Shown piece after piece: positions 51,055 through 63,236 of a DNA stretch of 64,000 bases. The position numbers and the translations under genes were made by a program. Numbering within the stretch: the first letter of the stretch is position 1; every line of letters begins with the position of its first letter. This stretch comes from Leucoraja ocellata (lineage: Eukaryota). The notes under the pieces were generated by a model. That model ran no database searches, had not been told where the DNA came from, and saw nothing but the letters and a program-made list of their open reading frames with translations. Location: NCBI GenBank assembly GCA_036785375.1, contig JAWMAR010000462.1, positions 558,001 to 622,000 on the forward strand, given 5' to 3'.

Positions 51055-52292
51055 AGTCAAGTCAAGTTCATTCGTCACATACACATACGAGATGTGCAGT
51101 GAAATGAAAAGTGGCAATGCTTGCGGATTGTGCAAAAATACAAACTACAAAACAGAATGGAACAGAAACTCATATTCACATACTACATATTTGTGGGGGG
51201 AAAAAACCCAGCAATTTTAAAAATACACCATACAACACTAAAATGGTACAGTAAAGCTAGTCCCTGGTGAGACAGGGGTTTACAGTCCTAATGGCCTCTG
51301 GGAAGAAACTCCTTCTCATCCTCTCCATTTTCACAGCATGGCAACGGAGGAGTTTGCCTGACCGTAGCAGCTGGAGCAGTCCGTTGCTGGGGTGGAAGGT
51401 GATCTTGTTGGCTCTGGGGTTGCACCTTCTGATGTATAGTTCCTGCAGGGGGGCGAGTGTAGTTCCCATAGTGCGTTCGGCCAAACGCACTACTCTCTGC
51501 AGAGCCTTCTTGTCCTGGGCAGAGCAGTTCCCTAACCAAATCGTGATGTTTCCGGACAAGATGCTTTCTACAGCCGCTGAGTAGAGCACTGGAGGATCCT
51601 CAGAGGCACTCCGAATTTCCTCAATTGACTGAGGTGGTAAAGGCGCTGCCTTGCCTTACTCACCAGTGCTGCAGCGTGTGATGTCCATGTCAGATCCTCG
51701 GAAATGTGGACTCCCAGGTATTTAAAGCAGCTCACCCTATCCACAGGATCCCCATTTATCTTCAATGGTGTGTACGGCCACAGATGATGTGCCTTCCTAA
51801 AGTCCACGATCAGCTCCTTGTTTTTTTGATATTCAAGAGGAGACTGATGTCCTGACACCATAGTGCCAGATCAGCCACCTCCTCCCAGTAGGCCTTCTCT
51901 TCGTTATCGGAGATCGAGCCCAGCACCACAGTGTCATCAGCAAACTTGATTATAGAGTTGGAGCTGAACCTAACCACACAGTCATGTGTGTACAGGAAGT
52001 ACAGTAGGGGGCTGAGGACACAACCCTGGGGGGGGATCCTGTGCTCAGGGTAAGGGACTTCAATGCATTTCCTCCCATCTTGACTACCTGGGGCCTGGAG
52101 GTGAGAAAGTCCAGGGCACAGGCACACAGGGGGGTGTTGAGCCCCAATTCCAGCAGCTTCTCGGCAAGTCTGATGGGGACTATCGTGTTGAAGACTGAAC
52201 TGAAGTCCATGAACAGCATCCTCACATAGCCCCCCTTCTGGCTGTCAAGATGAGAGAGAGTGGTGTGCAGAACCTGGGAGACCGCATCATCA
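51055..52292 (-). mobile_element. Rex1/Babar LINE, 5'-truncated, frameshifted
   Basis: YVRMLFMDFSSVFNTI, PQGCVLSPLLYFLYTHDC...KFADDT, KYLGVHISEDLTW...KARQRLYHL, VESILSGNITIW. Short (CTTGA)n tail at ~51055-51068. Confidence 0.9.
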
Positions 52293-52754
52293 GACGGTAT
52301 GCAAATTGCCACTCCTAGGTTTCTATACAAATGGTGTGCAAAGATTTTCCACTGAGGATTGCATTTACTAAAATTCATCATTCTCAAACACCTCAGGGTA
52401 TTCTCCTGCCACTACATTTTCCCAATGAAACTGTCCCAAGTATTTATTAAATATTTATGGTATTTTTTGTAATCTAATAGGTTTCTCAATTACCTTGTAG
52501 ATTTCCAACTTGCAGATATTATTTAATAGCTTCCTCCGAATCATCCACTAGAGGGAGAATGAAAGTAGTGAAAATATCCCTTTCCAGGGTCAGACAAGTA
52601 ATCCATTATCTGCAGCTCTGCACAACAACTGAGCTATATTACCCAAGGATCAAATGAAGTACTCACTGTCTTTCTCTTTTGTTTTAAAAAGGCATATCAG
52701 TCTAACAATCATTACAAAAAATTGATAACTTAATTGAGCATTACAATTATATCA

Positions 52755-53225
52755 TTAGTTTTAGTTAGTTTAGTTTATGGTTATGTGTACCAAAATACTG
52801 AAAGAAGCTTTGTTGCATGTTATCCAGTCAGCAGAAAGGCCGATATATGATTACAATCAAGCCATCCAAATGCAGGATACAGGATAAGGGAATAACATTT
52901 GGTGCAAAATAAAGTCCAGTAAAGTCCAATAAAAGGTAATCCAAGGGTCTCCAATGAAATAAATGGCAGCTCAGGATTGTTCTCCATTTGGTAATAGGAT
53001 GGTTCAGTTGCCTGATAACAGCTGGGCAAAACTGTCCCCAAATCTGGAAGTATTCGTTTTCATACTTCTGTCCCTCTTGCCTGATAGGAGAGGGGAGAAG
53101 AGAGAGTGTGTCCAGGGTGAGACTCAATCTTGATTATGCTGGTGGCCTTGCTGAGGCAACATGAAATGAGGCTAGAATCAATGGAAGGTAGTTTGGTTTT
53201 CGTGATGGTCTGGGCCTTCACAAAA
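52755..53225 (-). mobile_element. LINE 3' end (Rex1-like) with (AAACT)n-type tail
   Basis: Decayed RT C-terminal codons (LSLLPS...QFCPAVIRQLN) followed by a 3' UTR and tagtttagttt repeat on the plus strand. Confidence 0.55.
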
Positions 53226-54769
53226 CAAATCTCAGAAGGCATGGTATGAAACTGCATGGATGCAAGTTCACCAAATAGGATAAAAACATCTAATTTATTA
53301 AAGGACTTGAGTTAGCTTACTCTCAAAAATCTGCACAAAATAAATCTGGTTTGGCACAGGGATTCCTGAATAAACAATGGATGAAGGGAGTTAACAGCTC
53401 AGGAAAGTTTCAAGGTACTACCCGAATATGTACTAAATAACAAAATTATAGATAGAGTCATGAAGAGTGCTAGGTTAGGAATGACAAAATAAAAATCCCA
53501 CCTTCCAATGGCATTTTAAAAAATAATTATGAATATGCATAAACAAAGTTAAAACTCACCGTTTTCAGCAATTATGTAACTTAGCTTTATTAAACATGAT
53601 ATCAAAGCCCCATAAATTAACTTAATGACCTCTATTTTCCCTTACATCAACTACAATCTTCTTCCTAAAATTGAAATCTCCTAACCACTGCAAAGCACAG
53701 GATTATGCGAGCAATCAAATTCATACATAATGATACTGGATTATGTCATGGATCAACTTTTTTTGTAAATCAGTAATATGGCATATTCACAAATCAGTAA
53801 AGCTTTAGTTTGTTCATTATGGGGCAGGATTTCACACTTTCCAAGCAGTAAAAGCCTGTTGAAGCTTAAAGTACCCCTGTATTTTGGGAACACAATGATC
53901 CGTAAATGAGGGCACAGTTTTGTGCTGTGAATGCTGCAATATTATCATTTGACTTTCATTTTTTTGGGGTTAAATTAACCAGTAGAAGCTACATATAGTT
54001 ACAGAGCTTGGAAACAGGCTCTTCAGTCCAACCTGTCTATGACCAATATGTCCCATCTACACTAGTCCCACCTGCTATGCTTGGCCCAGATCCCTCTATT
54101 TAACGGAAAGTGTTAACACTGTTTAAAACAGTAATGGCAATAAGAAAATATAACTATTAAAGCAGTAATGGCAATAAACAAGTTTAATAATTTTATTATA
54201 TTTACCTAAAAAAGAGTATGTATCAAACATGTGACATGATGTAACTGTCCTGGCACACACTCTTTTTTAAGTTCTCTATCAATACACATAATCATGCACT
54301 TCAACATAGCTATTACTCCGTGTTCTGTGCATTTTCATACCTGTCTTACCATATTTGTGAGAAAAGATGCATAAAACACGCCCTTCTCCATTCTTGCCTG
54401 AGACACAGAAAGGAACTGTAGTCAGTAGAAATGCAAGACAGGAAATTGGATGGGACACTTAAAAGCTTCATGAACTGTACAGAACGCCTACAATTCTACC
54501 ACAGTATTAAATTCCTACATACAAAGCATATGCTGAAAAACAATTTAATGTGATTCACTGAGATGAAAACAAAGTTTTTCATTATGACAGCAGTAGCAGT
54601 GTATTGTACATTCCTCCTCCCTGTCTGGCAGTAATACCCCATGAAAAAGGCACTAGAAAGAGGTGGGAGCTTCCAGTTCACAGCATGCACAGACCATCTC
54701 TAATCCTGAAAAGAGTCAGCTGTAATGCATCTACCTCAGGATCTTTGACAAGTTACAATAAAAACACAA

Positions 54770-55020
54770 ACAACTTTTTCCACCCAGAGAGTTGTGAATT
54801 TGTGGAATTCTCTGCCACAGAAGGCAGTGGAGGCCAATTCACTGGATGAATTTAAAAGAGAATTAGATAGAGTTCTTGGGGCTAGCAGAATCAAGGGGTA
54901 TGGGGAGAAGGCAGGCACAGGTTACCGATTATGGATGACCAGCTATGCTCACAATGAATGGCAGTGGCTGGCTCAAAGGGCCAAATGGCCTTCTCCTGCA
55001 CCTATTTTCTATGTTTCCTT
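54770..55020 (+). mobile_element. CR1 LINE 3' end
   Basis: NLWNSLPQKAVEANSLDEFKRELD...GYGEKAG plus ctcctgcacctattttctatgttt tail. Confidence 0.85.
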
Positions 55021-55311
55021 GCGCTATAACTCCAGGCTAAGCACTCAACTAAGAAAACTAAGCCCAAAACCAAAGTATTAACTAAATACACCAACTTACA
55101 ATAAATGACTCCATATGCAAAAAACAAAACAAAAAACAAAACAGTTACCGACATATTAATTTTCTTTAAAAAAAGTTACCCTGTATGTGCAAGTACATCA
55201 TTGGAGTTATCGTGGGCACCTCCCTTAATTGGTGTTTTGTTGAGTTAGGGCCACGACACCTCAGGCAGCCTCAATAGTTGGTTCTAGCGTCCCAAAACCT
55301 GCTCTTACCAC

Positions 55312-57209
55312 CTTCTTCTCCTTCTTCTTCTTCTATGTAGTGTTTTTTGGCGGTTGGCAAACAACTTTTTTGGTGCATTACCGCCACCAACTGGCATGGA
55401 GTGTGGATCAAACAACACCATTACATATACTAATAAGCTATATCCTTCTGAACAAATTGGTTACCCTAAGAAAAAGCAACAGGATTTGATAGCACTTATA
55501 TGAACTCCCTTGCAAAATATCTATCAAATCAAATTGTACTCTTTCTTTTCTGAACTGCTCACTCATCCGTCCTCTCTCCTCCTCATACCTCTCACAATGT
55601 ACAATGACTTGCTCTATTGTCTCTTCTTGCCCACAGAATTCACATCTGCCTGTATTATGCTTGCCTATTATAAAAAGTGTACTGTTCAGACCAGTGTGTC
55701 CAAATCTAATTCTTAAAATTACTGTCTCCTCTTTTCTGTTTTTTCCTGCACATCTCATTTCTCCCACTTTCCTTTGGACTCTGTAGAACCACCGTCCTTT
55801 CCGCTCTTCCTCCCACTGCTTTTGCCATCCTTTTCTTAATAATGTCTTTGATTTCAGTTTTACCTATGTTAATACTTAAATCAATCTTACTTCTTTTTGT
55901 TACCTCTTTTGCTACCTTATCTGCCATTTCGTTTCCTCTAATGCCAATGTGTGCTGGTACCCATAAAAATATGACTGTAAGCCCCATCATTTGAATTCTG
56001 AATAGTGTTTGTTGTATTTCAATCAAAATGTCTGATCTACTATCTGAATGGCTGTGCTGTAAACTCTTTATTGCTAAACTTGAATCTGAACAAATAACTG
56101 TCCTTAAAGGCCTAATATCCTCGACCCACTGTACCGCTAACAATATTGCAATCATTTCACCTGTGTATACTGAGACTTCATTATTGATCCTCTTCCCTAC
56201 TTTGATGTGAAATTCTGGTACAATAAATGCTACTCCTACTTTATCTACTGAATCTTTTGATGCATCTGTATAAATTTGGACAAAACTGTAGTATCTGTCA
56301 ATGTATTCCTGTATGATGACTGAATTATACATATGTTGTTTATCCCTGTTTTCCTGTTCTAATATTGTAAAGTCTACTGTTGCATCTGGAAGTATCCAAG
56401 GTGGAATTGAAGGTAATGGAACCGTTGGAACCACATTTAATTGTGCTATGCTGATTTGTAATGCTCTCTGGGTCACTGTCCATCCCAAACTTTTTGTTTC
56501 CCTTCTCTCCTTTTCCCAGCATGGTTTGACAGTAACTTGTGCTGGGTGTTCTTGACTGTGGCCCTGTAGGTTAATCCAGTAATTCAATGAAAGCTGTATC
56601 CTTCTCATCTCTAGAGGCATCTCCCCCATTTCAACCTGTAATGCTGCTGTTGGAGTTGTTTTTATTGCACCTGTACATTTTCTCAATGCCCGATATTGAA
56701 TGTTGTCTATTTTCTTAAGAGAAGTACTTGATGCGGACCCATACACCACACAACCATAATCTAATTAACCCAGTGTATATAGCCTTCAAAGCTGTTCTAT
56801 CTGCCCCCCAATCACATCCAACTAAACACCTCATTACATTAAGTATCTTCTTACATTTGTCCACTACTTTCTGAATATGAACCATCCATGTAATCCTCTC
56901 ATCAAACCATAAACCTAAAAAATTATAGTATTTTACTCTCTCCAATTCCTGGTTCTATAATTTTAGTTTTACCTCTACCAATTTGTCTTTTCCACAGAAA
57001 ATTTGAATCCCCATTTATATGACCACTCTTGTACCTTTGTTATAGCCCTCTGTAGTTTCTGCACAATAAACTTCACATTTCTCCCCCTTTTCCAGATTGC
57101 CCCATCATCCGCAAACAGCGAAACTCTCATTTCATTTACAATTTCTTCATATACATCATTTATCATTACTAAAAATAGTAAAGGACTTATTATGCTCCCT
57201 TGAGGTGTT
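55312..57209 (-). mobile_element. Nimb/I-group LINE, 5'-truncated (RT C-terminus, RNase H, C-terminal Cys/His motif, 3' UTR, (AAG)n tail)
   Basis: MINDVY...VSLFADDGAIW (RT), FLGLWFD, IYTDASK...SVYTGEMIAILLA...ICSDS...LWVPAHIGIRGNEMADKVAK (RNase H), LRIRFGHTGLN...CEFCG...ETIEQV. The 3' UTR has ggtggcggtaatgcacc followed by a gaagaagaag tail. Confidence 0.9.
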
Positions 57210-57454
57210 CTGCAGAAGGACTTTAGCCAGAGGGTGGTAAATCAAGGACCAGAGGATATAGGTTCAAGGTGAAATAGATCAGCCATGATTGAATGGCAAA
57301 ATAGATTTGATGGGCCAAATGGCCAAATTCTGCTCCTATCACTTATGAACTTATGACTTGATGCACAGAATGGCCTAATTCTGCTCCTGTAATGTATGAT
57401 TTTTTATTGCCTATCTTAACCTCATTCCTATCATGTTGCTTTCTTACAGTTTTA

Positions 57455-57580
57455 GTACATACCAAAGACTTGCAGGTTAATAGGCCTCTGTAAAATTGCC
57501 CCTAATGTGTAGGGATTGGATACAAATGTGTGATAACATAGAACTAGTGTGAATGGGTGACCAATGGTTGACAGGCCGTT
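57455..57580 (+). mobile_element. HE1/V-SINE-like fragment
   Basis: ccaaagac...ggttaataggcctctgtaaaattgcccctaatgtgtag resembles the V-SINE central domain. Confidence 0.55.
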
Positions 57581-57584
57581 GACG

Positions 57585-58050
57585 AGCGGGATTTTCGGAC
57601 ACTGCAAGCCAGCGAGGACGGCAAAAAGCAGCGGGGGAGCAGGCGATCTTTGGCTTCGGCCAGCGTGACAGAGTCGGGCCGGGGGGGGGTAGTGGAGGAA
57701 GTAAAATCGCTAGCGAAATGGGAGAAATGTCGGTCGCCAGCGAAATGGGAAAAATGTTGGCGTTTTTGGAGCGGGCAGCAACAGCCGTTATGGTCACTGG
57801 CCAGCAGGAGGCGAAAACATGAGTGAGTGGGGAGGTGGGGGGAAGGGGGGAGGGATTTTATTAAAAATATGGCAGAAAAATGACTACATTTAATGAGGAG
57901 TGGATGAGCAAATGTAAAAGTGAAATGGCTAGCGAAATGGTAAAAATCTCGGCATGTTAACGTCTGGTTTTGGCGGAGTAATGAATCAAAGGCCAAAAAA
58001 ATCACACACACACACACATACACACACACACACTGTTAAAAGTGTATAGA
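57585..58050. mobile_element. Unclassified CpG-rich repeat with (CA)n near one end
   Basis: Abrupt CpG-rich segment with three gc(t/c)agcgaaatgg repeats, a (CA)n tract at ~58003-58032 and a tatagat end. Confidence 0.4.
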
Positions 58051-59069
58051 TATTACTCATATGTCCAGCTCCTTTGAACACACTGATTATTAGCATAGCT
58101 CATGCTGCTAATAATTCGGAGGAGAGTACTCCCATATGTGTAGGAAATCAGTCCTAGTCATCCCTCCTAGAAAGTTTCAAAACTTTGCCCTAAAACTTTG
58201 CCCTAAAACTTCCTTATCTCATAATATAATCAGAACAATTTGATTGAGGAGCCACACCACTATCTCTGCTGGCCCACACACACTATGATCATAACAATTT
58301 TATCTTTTTTGTCTGTTTGAGAACTGGTCAGTCAAAAACAAGAATCTGTATCAGCACAGCAACTTTGATTGATAGAGAATAATCTGGTTTGATCAGCATT
58401 TTGAAAAATTGGTGAACAGGTTTTACTCTGGAGTTATTCCTGTTATGTACCATTTTAACGTGCGTTTGGAGGATTGAACGCAGCTTTGGTAGGACCATCA
58501 TTGGTACTTATGAGATGTAAATGTTGTTCACAGCCACACCACAGGAGTTCAGAGAACACAGATGGTTAAATTCCAGTTGCATCCTGTTTATGTTTGCATG
58601 ACCAGCTTCTTCAGCATTTCCTTTCAGCTCGTAACCAATTTTAAAACTTAATTACTGTGCCCCACAGTTCTTCACAGCAAACTGTTGGAAATTATGGTCT
58701 ATTTTTAGCCAGCATTAGTTAACTATGAGTTAAAGATACATTCGCTGAAGGTTGTTGGTACATCTCAAGGATTAGAATCCAAATATAGAAATCCAACTTT
58801 ACACAAATTATCTAATACATTTTAAAACATTGTCAAGCCAGTAATAAGAATAATAAAATCTTTCATGGTAGTCATTAATGGCTGGATACAGTATAATAAT
58901 TTTTTGGGGATAGTGTCTGGGTGATAATTCAATGAACTGAAAGAATTATAGCAAGTGTATGTCGAGTGATATGATTCGGGTAGCTATGGACAACAGACAG
59001 TTCTGACAAACGGAGAAATTGGCTTAAGGACAGTTCTCAGGAATGGAACCCTTGCCAAATTTGGAAATG

Positions 59070-60175
59070 ATTCGATTGGTCAAAGTCAGCATGGATTTAT
59101 GAAGGGGAAATCATCCTAGACTAATCTTCTGGGATTTTTTGAGGATGTAACAAATAGTATAGATAAGGGAGAACCAGTGGATGTGGTGTATCTCGACTTT
59201 CAAAATGCCTTTGACAATGTTCCACACAAGAGATTAGTGTGCAAAACTAGAGCACATGGTACTGGGGGTAAGGTATTGACATGGATAGAGAACTGGTTGG
59301 CAGACAGTAAGCAAAGAGTAGGAATTAATGGGTTATTTTCAAATGGCAGGCGGTAACTAGTGGGGTGCCACAAGGCTCAGTGCTGGTACCCCAGTTATTT
59401 ACAATATATATTAACGTTTTAGACAAAGGAATTAAATATAAAATCTACAAATTTGCGGATGACACCAAGCTGGGTGGCAGTGTGAGCTGCGAGGAGGATG
59501 CTATGAGGCTGCAGGGTGACTTGGATAGGTTGGGTGAGTGGGCAGATGCATGGCAGATGCAGTATTATGTGGATGAATGTGAGATTAACCACTTCTGTGG
59601 CAAGAACAAGAAGGCAGATTTTTATCTAAATGGTGTCAGATTAGGAAAAGGGGAGGTGCAATGAGACCTGGGTGTCCTTGTATATCAGTCACTGAAAGTA
59701 CAGCAGGCAGCGAGGAATGCAAATGGCATATTGGCCTTCATAGCAAGAGGATTTGAGTCTAGGAGCAGTTGTACAGGACCCTTGTGAGACCACACTTGGA
59801 GTATTAAAACACATTTGTACTCCCTGGCTTTTGACCATGCCTGAGGCTTTGCTTCTGTTTGTGGTGTTTTTGATGTTTCTTTATTTTACATGTCTTTTCC
59901 TACTATTTCTTTTGATTGTTATTTTTGGTGTGTATTAACTTTTTTGTCAATGATTAGTGATGTACAGCACTTTGTTGCAGCTATGTTTGTTTTTAAAGTG
60001 CTCTATAAATAAAATTATTATTATTATTATTATTATTATTATTGTGTGCAGATTTAGTCTCCTAATTTGAGGAAGGACATCCTTGCTATTGAGGGAGTGC
60101 AGCGTAGGTTCACCAGGATAATTCCTGGGGAGGCGGGACTGACATACGATGAAAGAATGGATGAACTGGGCTTAC
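59070..60175 (+). mobile_element. CR1 LINE RT fragment, split by an L2 insertion
   Basis: QHGFMKGKS..., DVVYLDFQNAFD, PQGSVLVPQLFTIYIN...KFADDTKL. The CR1 sequence resumes after 60043. Confidence 0.9.
59803..60043 (+). mobile_element. L2-type LINE 3' end with (TTA)n tail, nested in CR1
   Basis: KTHLYSLAFD C-terminus, then tgtacagcactttg...aaagtgctctataaataaa and an (att)n tail, interrupting CR1 ggagtatt|gtgtgcag. Confidence 0.75.
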
Positions 60176-61994
60176 AGAACATAGAAAAGTAATGCACAGG
60201 ATCAGGTCCACAAAATCGGCCCAGAATGCCAAGCTAAACTAATCTCATCTGCCTGCAAATGATCCATACACTTCCATACCCTACACATATATGTGCCTAT
60301 CTAAAAGCCTCTTAAAATGTCACCAAACCTCCTCCACCACTACCGGCAGCACATTTCCAGGCACCCACCAGACTATGTGAAAAAACTTGCCTCACACATC
60401 TCCTTTGAGCTTTCCATCTATCACCTAAAGTTATGTCCTTTTGTTTTTGATATTTCCACCCTGGGATAAAGGTTTTAACTGTCTACCCTATCTGTGCCAA
60501 AGATCCAGGAAGAGGCTACCTGGCCTACAAATCTTGTGGACTCGTTAAGACCTCTGAGCAAACTTTTATCTGCTCCTCCAACAAGCCTGGCCGTTCTTTA
60601 TTCTAGTTGTTAACTGTAAAGCTGTTGCTTTTGTTCCTATTGGTCTAAGTTTTCATCCAAAATAATGTGGCTGGAATGGCACCTCCCATAAACCATATGC
60701 TTATTCATTGTTTAAGAAGGAACTGCAGATGCTGATTTACACCTAAGATAGACACAAAATACTAGAGTAACTCTGCGGGTCAATCGGCATCTCTCGAGAA
60801 AAGCAATAGGTGATGTTTTGGGTCAAAACTCCTCGGAACCCAGTACCTGTATCAAGAAGGGTTTCGACCCAAAACGTCACCTATTCGTTTTCTACAGAGA
60901 TGCTGCCTGACTGGCTGACTTACTGCAGCATTTTGTGCTTATTCAGTGTGCTTGGCAAAACTACACACAAATGCATTTTGTCCAACACAAAGTAAAAATC
61001 TCTTGATTCTAAGGTAATATAAGATTACAAAAATGTGAGTGCTAGCATTTCACACCTTTTTAAAATTATATTTTCAGTTGGCATCATAACCCACTCCAAT
61101 GAACGTTTACCCAACAGGCTCGGCATCAGGTCTGATTCTGATTATTTTTTTCAGTTTGATACTCAATATCAATACAATGCCTGTAATAGAGGGAATCTGA
61201 TTTCAAGTCATGTGATCTAGTTTGATCAAAAAAATAGGTTTTAAGATGTATCTTAAAAATAATGAGGTGTAGAAATGTGATTCCAGGGCAGTGGATTTAA
61301 GCAGCTAATGACAGTTATCAATGCAGACAGAAACTGAAATGCATAATAAGTTAGAAAAATACACTGAAAAGATCTTGGACTGTTATCTGAGATTAGAGAT
61401 GGGAAATAGCTCAGGCCTTGAGGAGAGTTAAACAAAAGTATGAGGATCCTACATTGAAAGTTTTGCATCTATGAGTGAGATTAGGCTGAAAGATCAGATG
61501 GATAATTTTGCAAACTAGCACACAGTATGCAGATAATAAAAAGCTGGTTAATTTATACTATCCTTTAATTATCCAAATAAATACCTCAGTTAAAGGGCAC
61601 TGAAATAGCATGCGTGCCCCACTTTCATTCTATAAATCATCTCCAAAAGAAATCAATTGTATTTGGTCACCAATTATTTTGATAGAGTGTGTTTGGACTG
61701 GAAAAATGCAATGGTTTAACAAACAGGCCGACTATGTGTATGCTGACTACTGCACTGGGTTTTGGTGGGACAAGCCACAGGATAGAACTGTGTCCTGCTG
61801 CTGTGTTGGAGCCATAAAAAAAATAGATTAAATCCTGAGCTGTTATGAAGATGGTATTGGTGAGCAGGCAAATGCAGGAGAACCCATGGATTTTGTTACC
61901 AAAGTCTTCTGCTGTAACCTTGAGAGAATAAGTAGAATTAAGGTTGAGAGTATTTCTGATTTCTAAACCTTTGAGATTGACCCAAATTACAGAT

Positions 61995-63236
61995 TTTACT
62001 TCGGAGTCACGTGATTGACTACGTGAAGAAGACCCCTTCCAGCCGCACACGCGTCATATCGTCAGACGCATAGAGCAGCGACCGGTTGTAGAGGAGCAGA
62101 GCCCCTCCAGGCGGTGAGTGTAAAAAGCCTGAAGGTAAGTGGTTTCACTTTCGCTTTCAGGTTGCTTTCTGCCGGGAGACTTGTGCTGTGTGCCAGACAA
62201 GTTTAAGAGTGGAGAAAGTGCGTAAAGGCAAGGGGAGGCGTACCGCAGGTAAAATTTGAGAGGAACACGGGTCTGTGAGTAGCGGGCGCCCGATTAAGGA
62301 GTCGGTGGCAGCAAAGCCAGCGACTACAGAAGCGATAACTCAAAGTACCATTGCAACACCTTTAGCGTGCAAGGCCAAGAAAAAATCTGTTCGGCCAGTA
62401 GACTCTGAGGAGTCAGACCCGGAGGTTACCCCGCCTCAGGCAGACATGATGTCTACTCGAGTCGCAAACCTAGAATTCCTGATGGGGAAAATGATTTATC
62501 AGGACCCACTCCAGGAAGAGTACAGCCCGCATTGGCCTAGGGGAGAGCCAGTGCAGGGAATGCCTGGGAAAGGTCCGGCTCAGCGTTGGCCTACAGGAGA
62601 GTCAGCGCCAGCAATGCCTGAACAAGGGCAGTTTATGCATTGGCCTACAGGAGAGCCAGCGCCAGCAATGTCTGAAGGAAGACAGTATAGACGTTGGCCT
62701 ACAGCAGAGCCAGCACCAGCAGCACCTGAAAGAGGACTGCCTATGCGTGGGCCTACAGGAGAGCACCTGAAAAAGGGTTTACTATGCGTGGGCCTATGGG
62801 AGAGCCAGCGCTAGAAACACCTGAAGCAGGGATGCCAGATCGCCCCCACCATGAGGAGGACTATTTTATGGGGCAGCAAGATTCAGATGATGAATCATAT
62901 GAAGACCAGAGCCCAATAACAGAGCCTAAAATACCAGGTCTGGCACAAAACCTTGCTGTTCCCAGACTAACAGGGGAACCATTGGGAGATGAATTAGCAA
63001 TGATAATAAATTACTTGCTCTCCCACCAGCTCCAGCAACTGACCATGAATGAGACTGTCAAAAATTATGAAACCCCGCAGAATTGCGCACTGCTAGCTGT
63101 CCCAGCAGTGAATAATGTAATACGGGGCTATTTGGGCATTGCAGTACGTGCACAAGAAATGAAATTACAGCGGGTTTTGAAATTGGTGGGGTCGGGCATT
63201 ACGGCTTTAATATTTAAGATTAATATGCAGAGCTGA
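61995..63236 (+). mobile_element. DIRS-like (tyrosine-recombinase retrotransposon) 5' end with truncated gag-like ORF1
   Basis: CpG-rich leader. Two ORFs (62275-62814 and 62784-63236) joined by a frameshift. YETPQNCALLAVPAVNNVI...VRAQEMKLQRV resembles the PxNC...P.VN...KLQ signature I associate with DIRS gag. Confidence 0.65.
62533..62826 (+). repeat. 54-bp coding minisatellite (about 5.5 units, WPTGEPAPAMPE...) inside the DIRS-like ORF
   Basis: Units start at 62533, 62587, 62641, 62695, 62749 and 62790. The fifth unit is 13 bp short. Confidence 0.85.

Noticed and set aside
58178-58212. Short tandem duplications (aaaactttgccct x2; also 13113-13140 and 54128-54178)
   Set aside because: Ordinary slippage or repair duplications with no further structure.
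46000-61990. A neighbouring host gene upstream of COL27A1
   Set aside because: I found no spliceable exons with recognisable protein similarity. The ORFs here are LINE fragments or noise, though small exons could have been missed.
62533-62826. CRISPR-like array appearance of the 54-bp repeats
   Set aside because: Eukaryotic context, degenerate in-frame coding repeats, no unique spacers and no cas genes.
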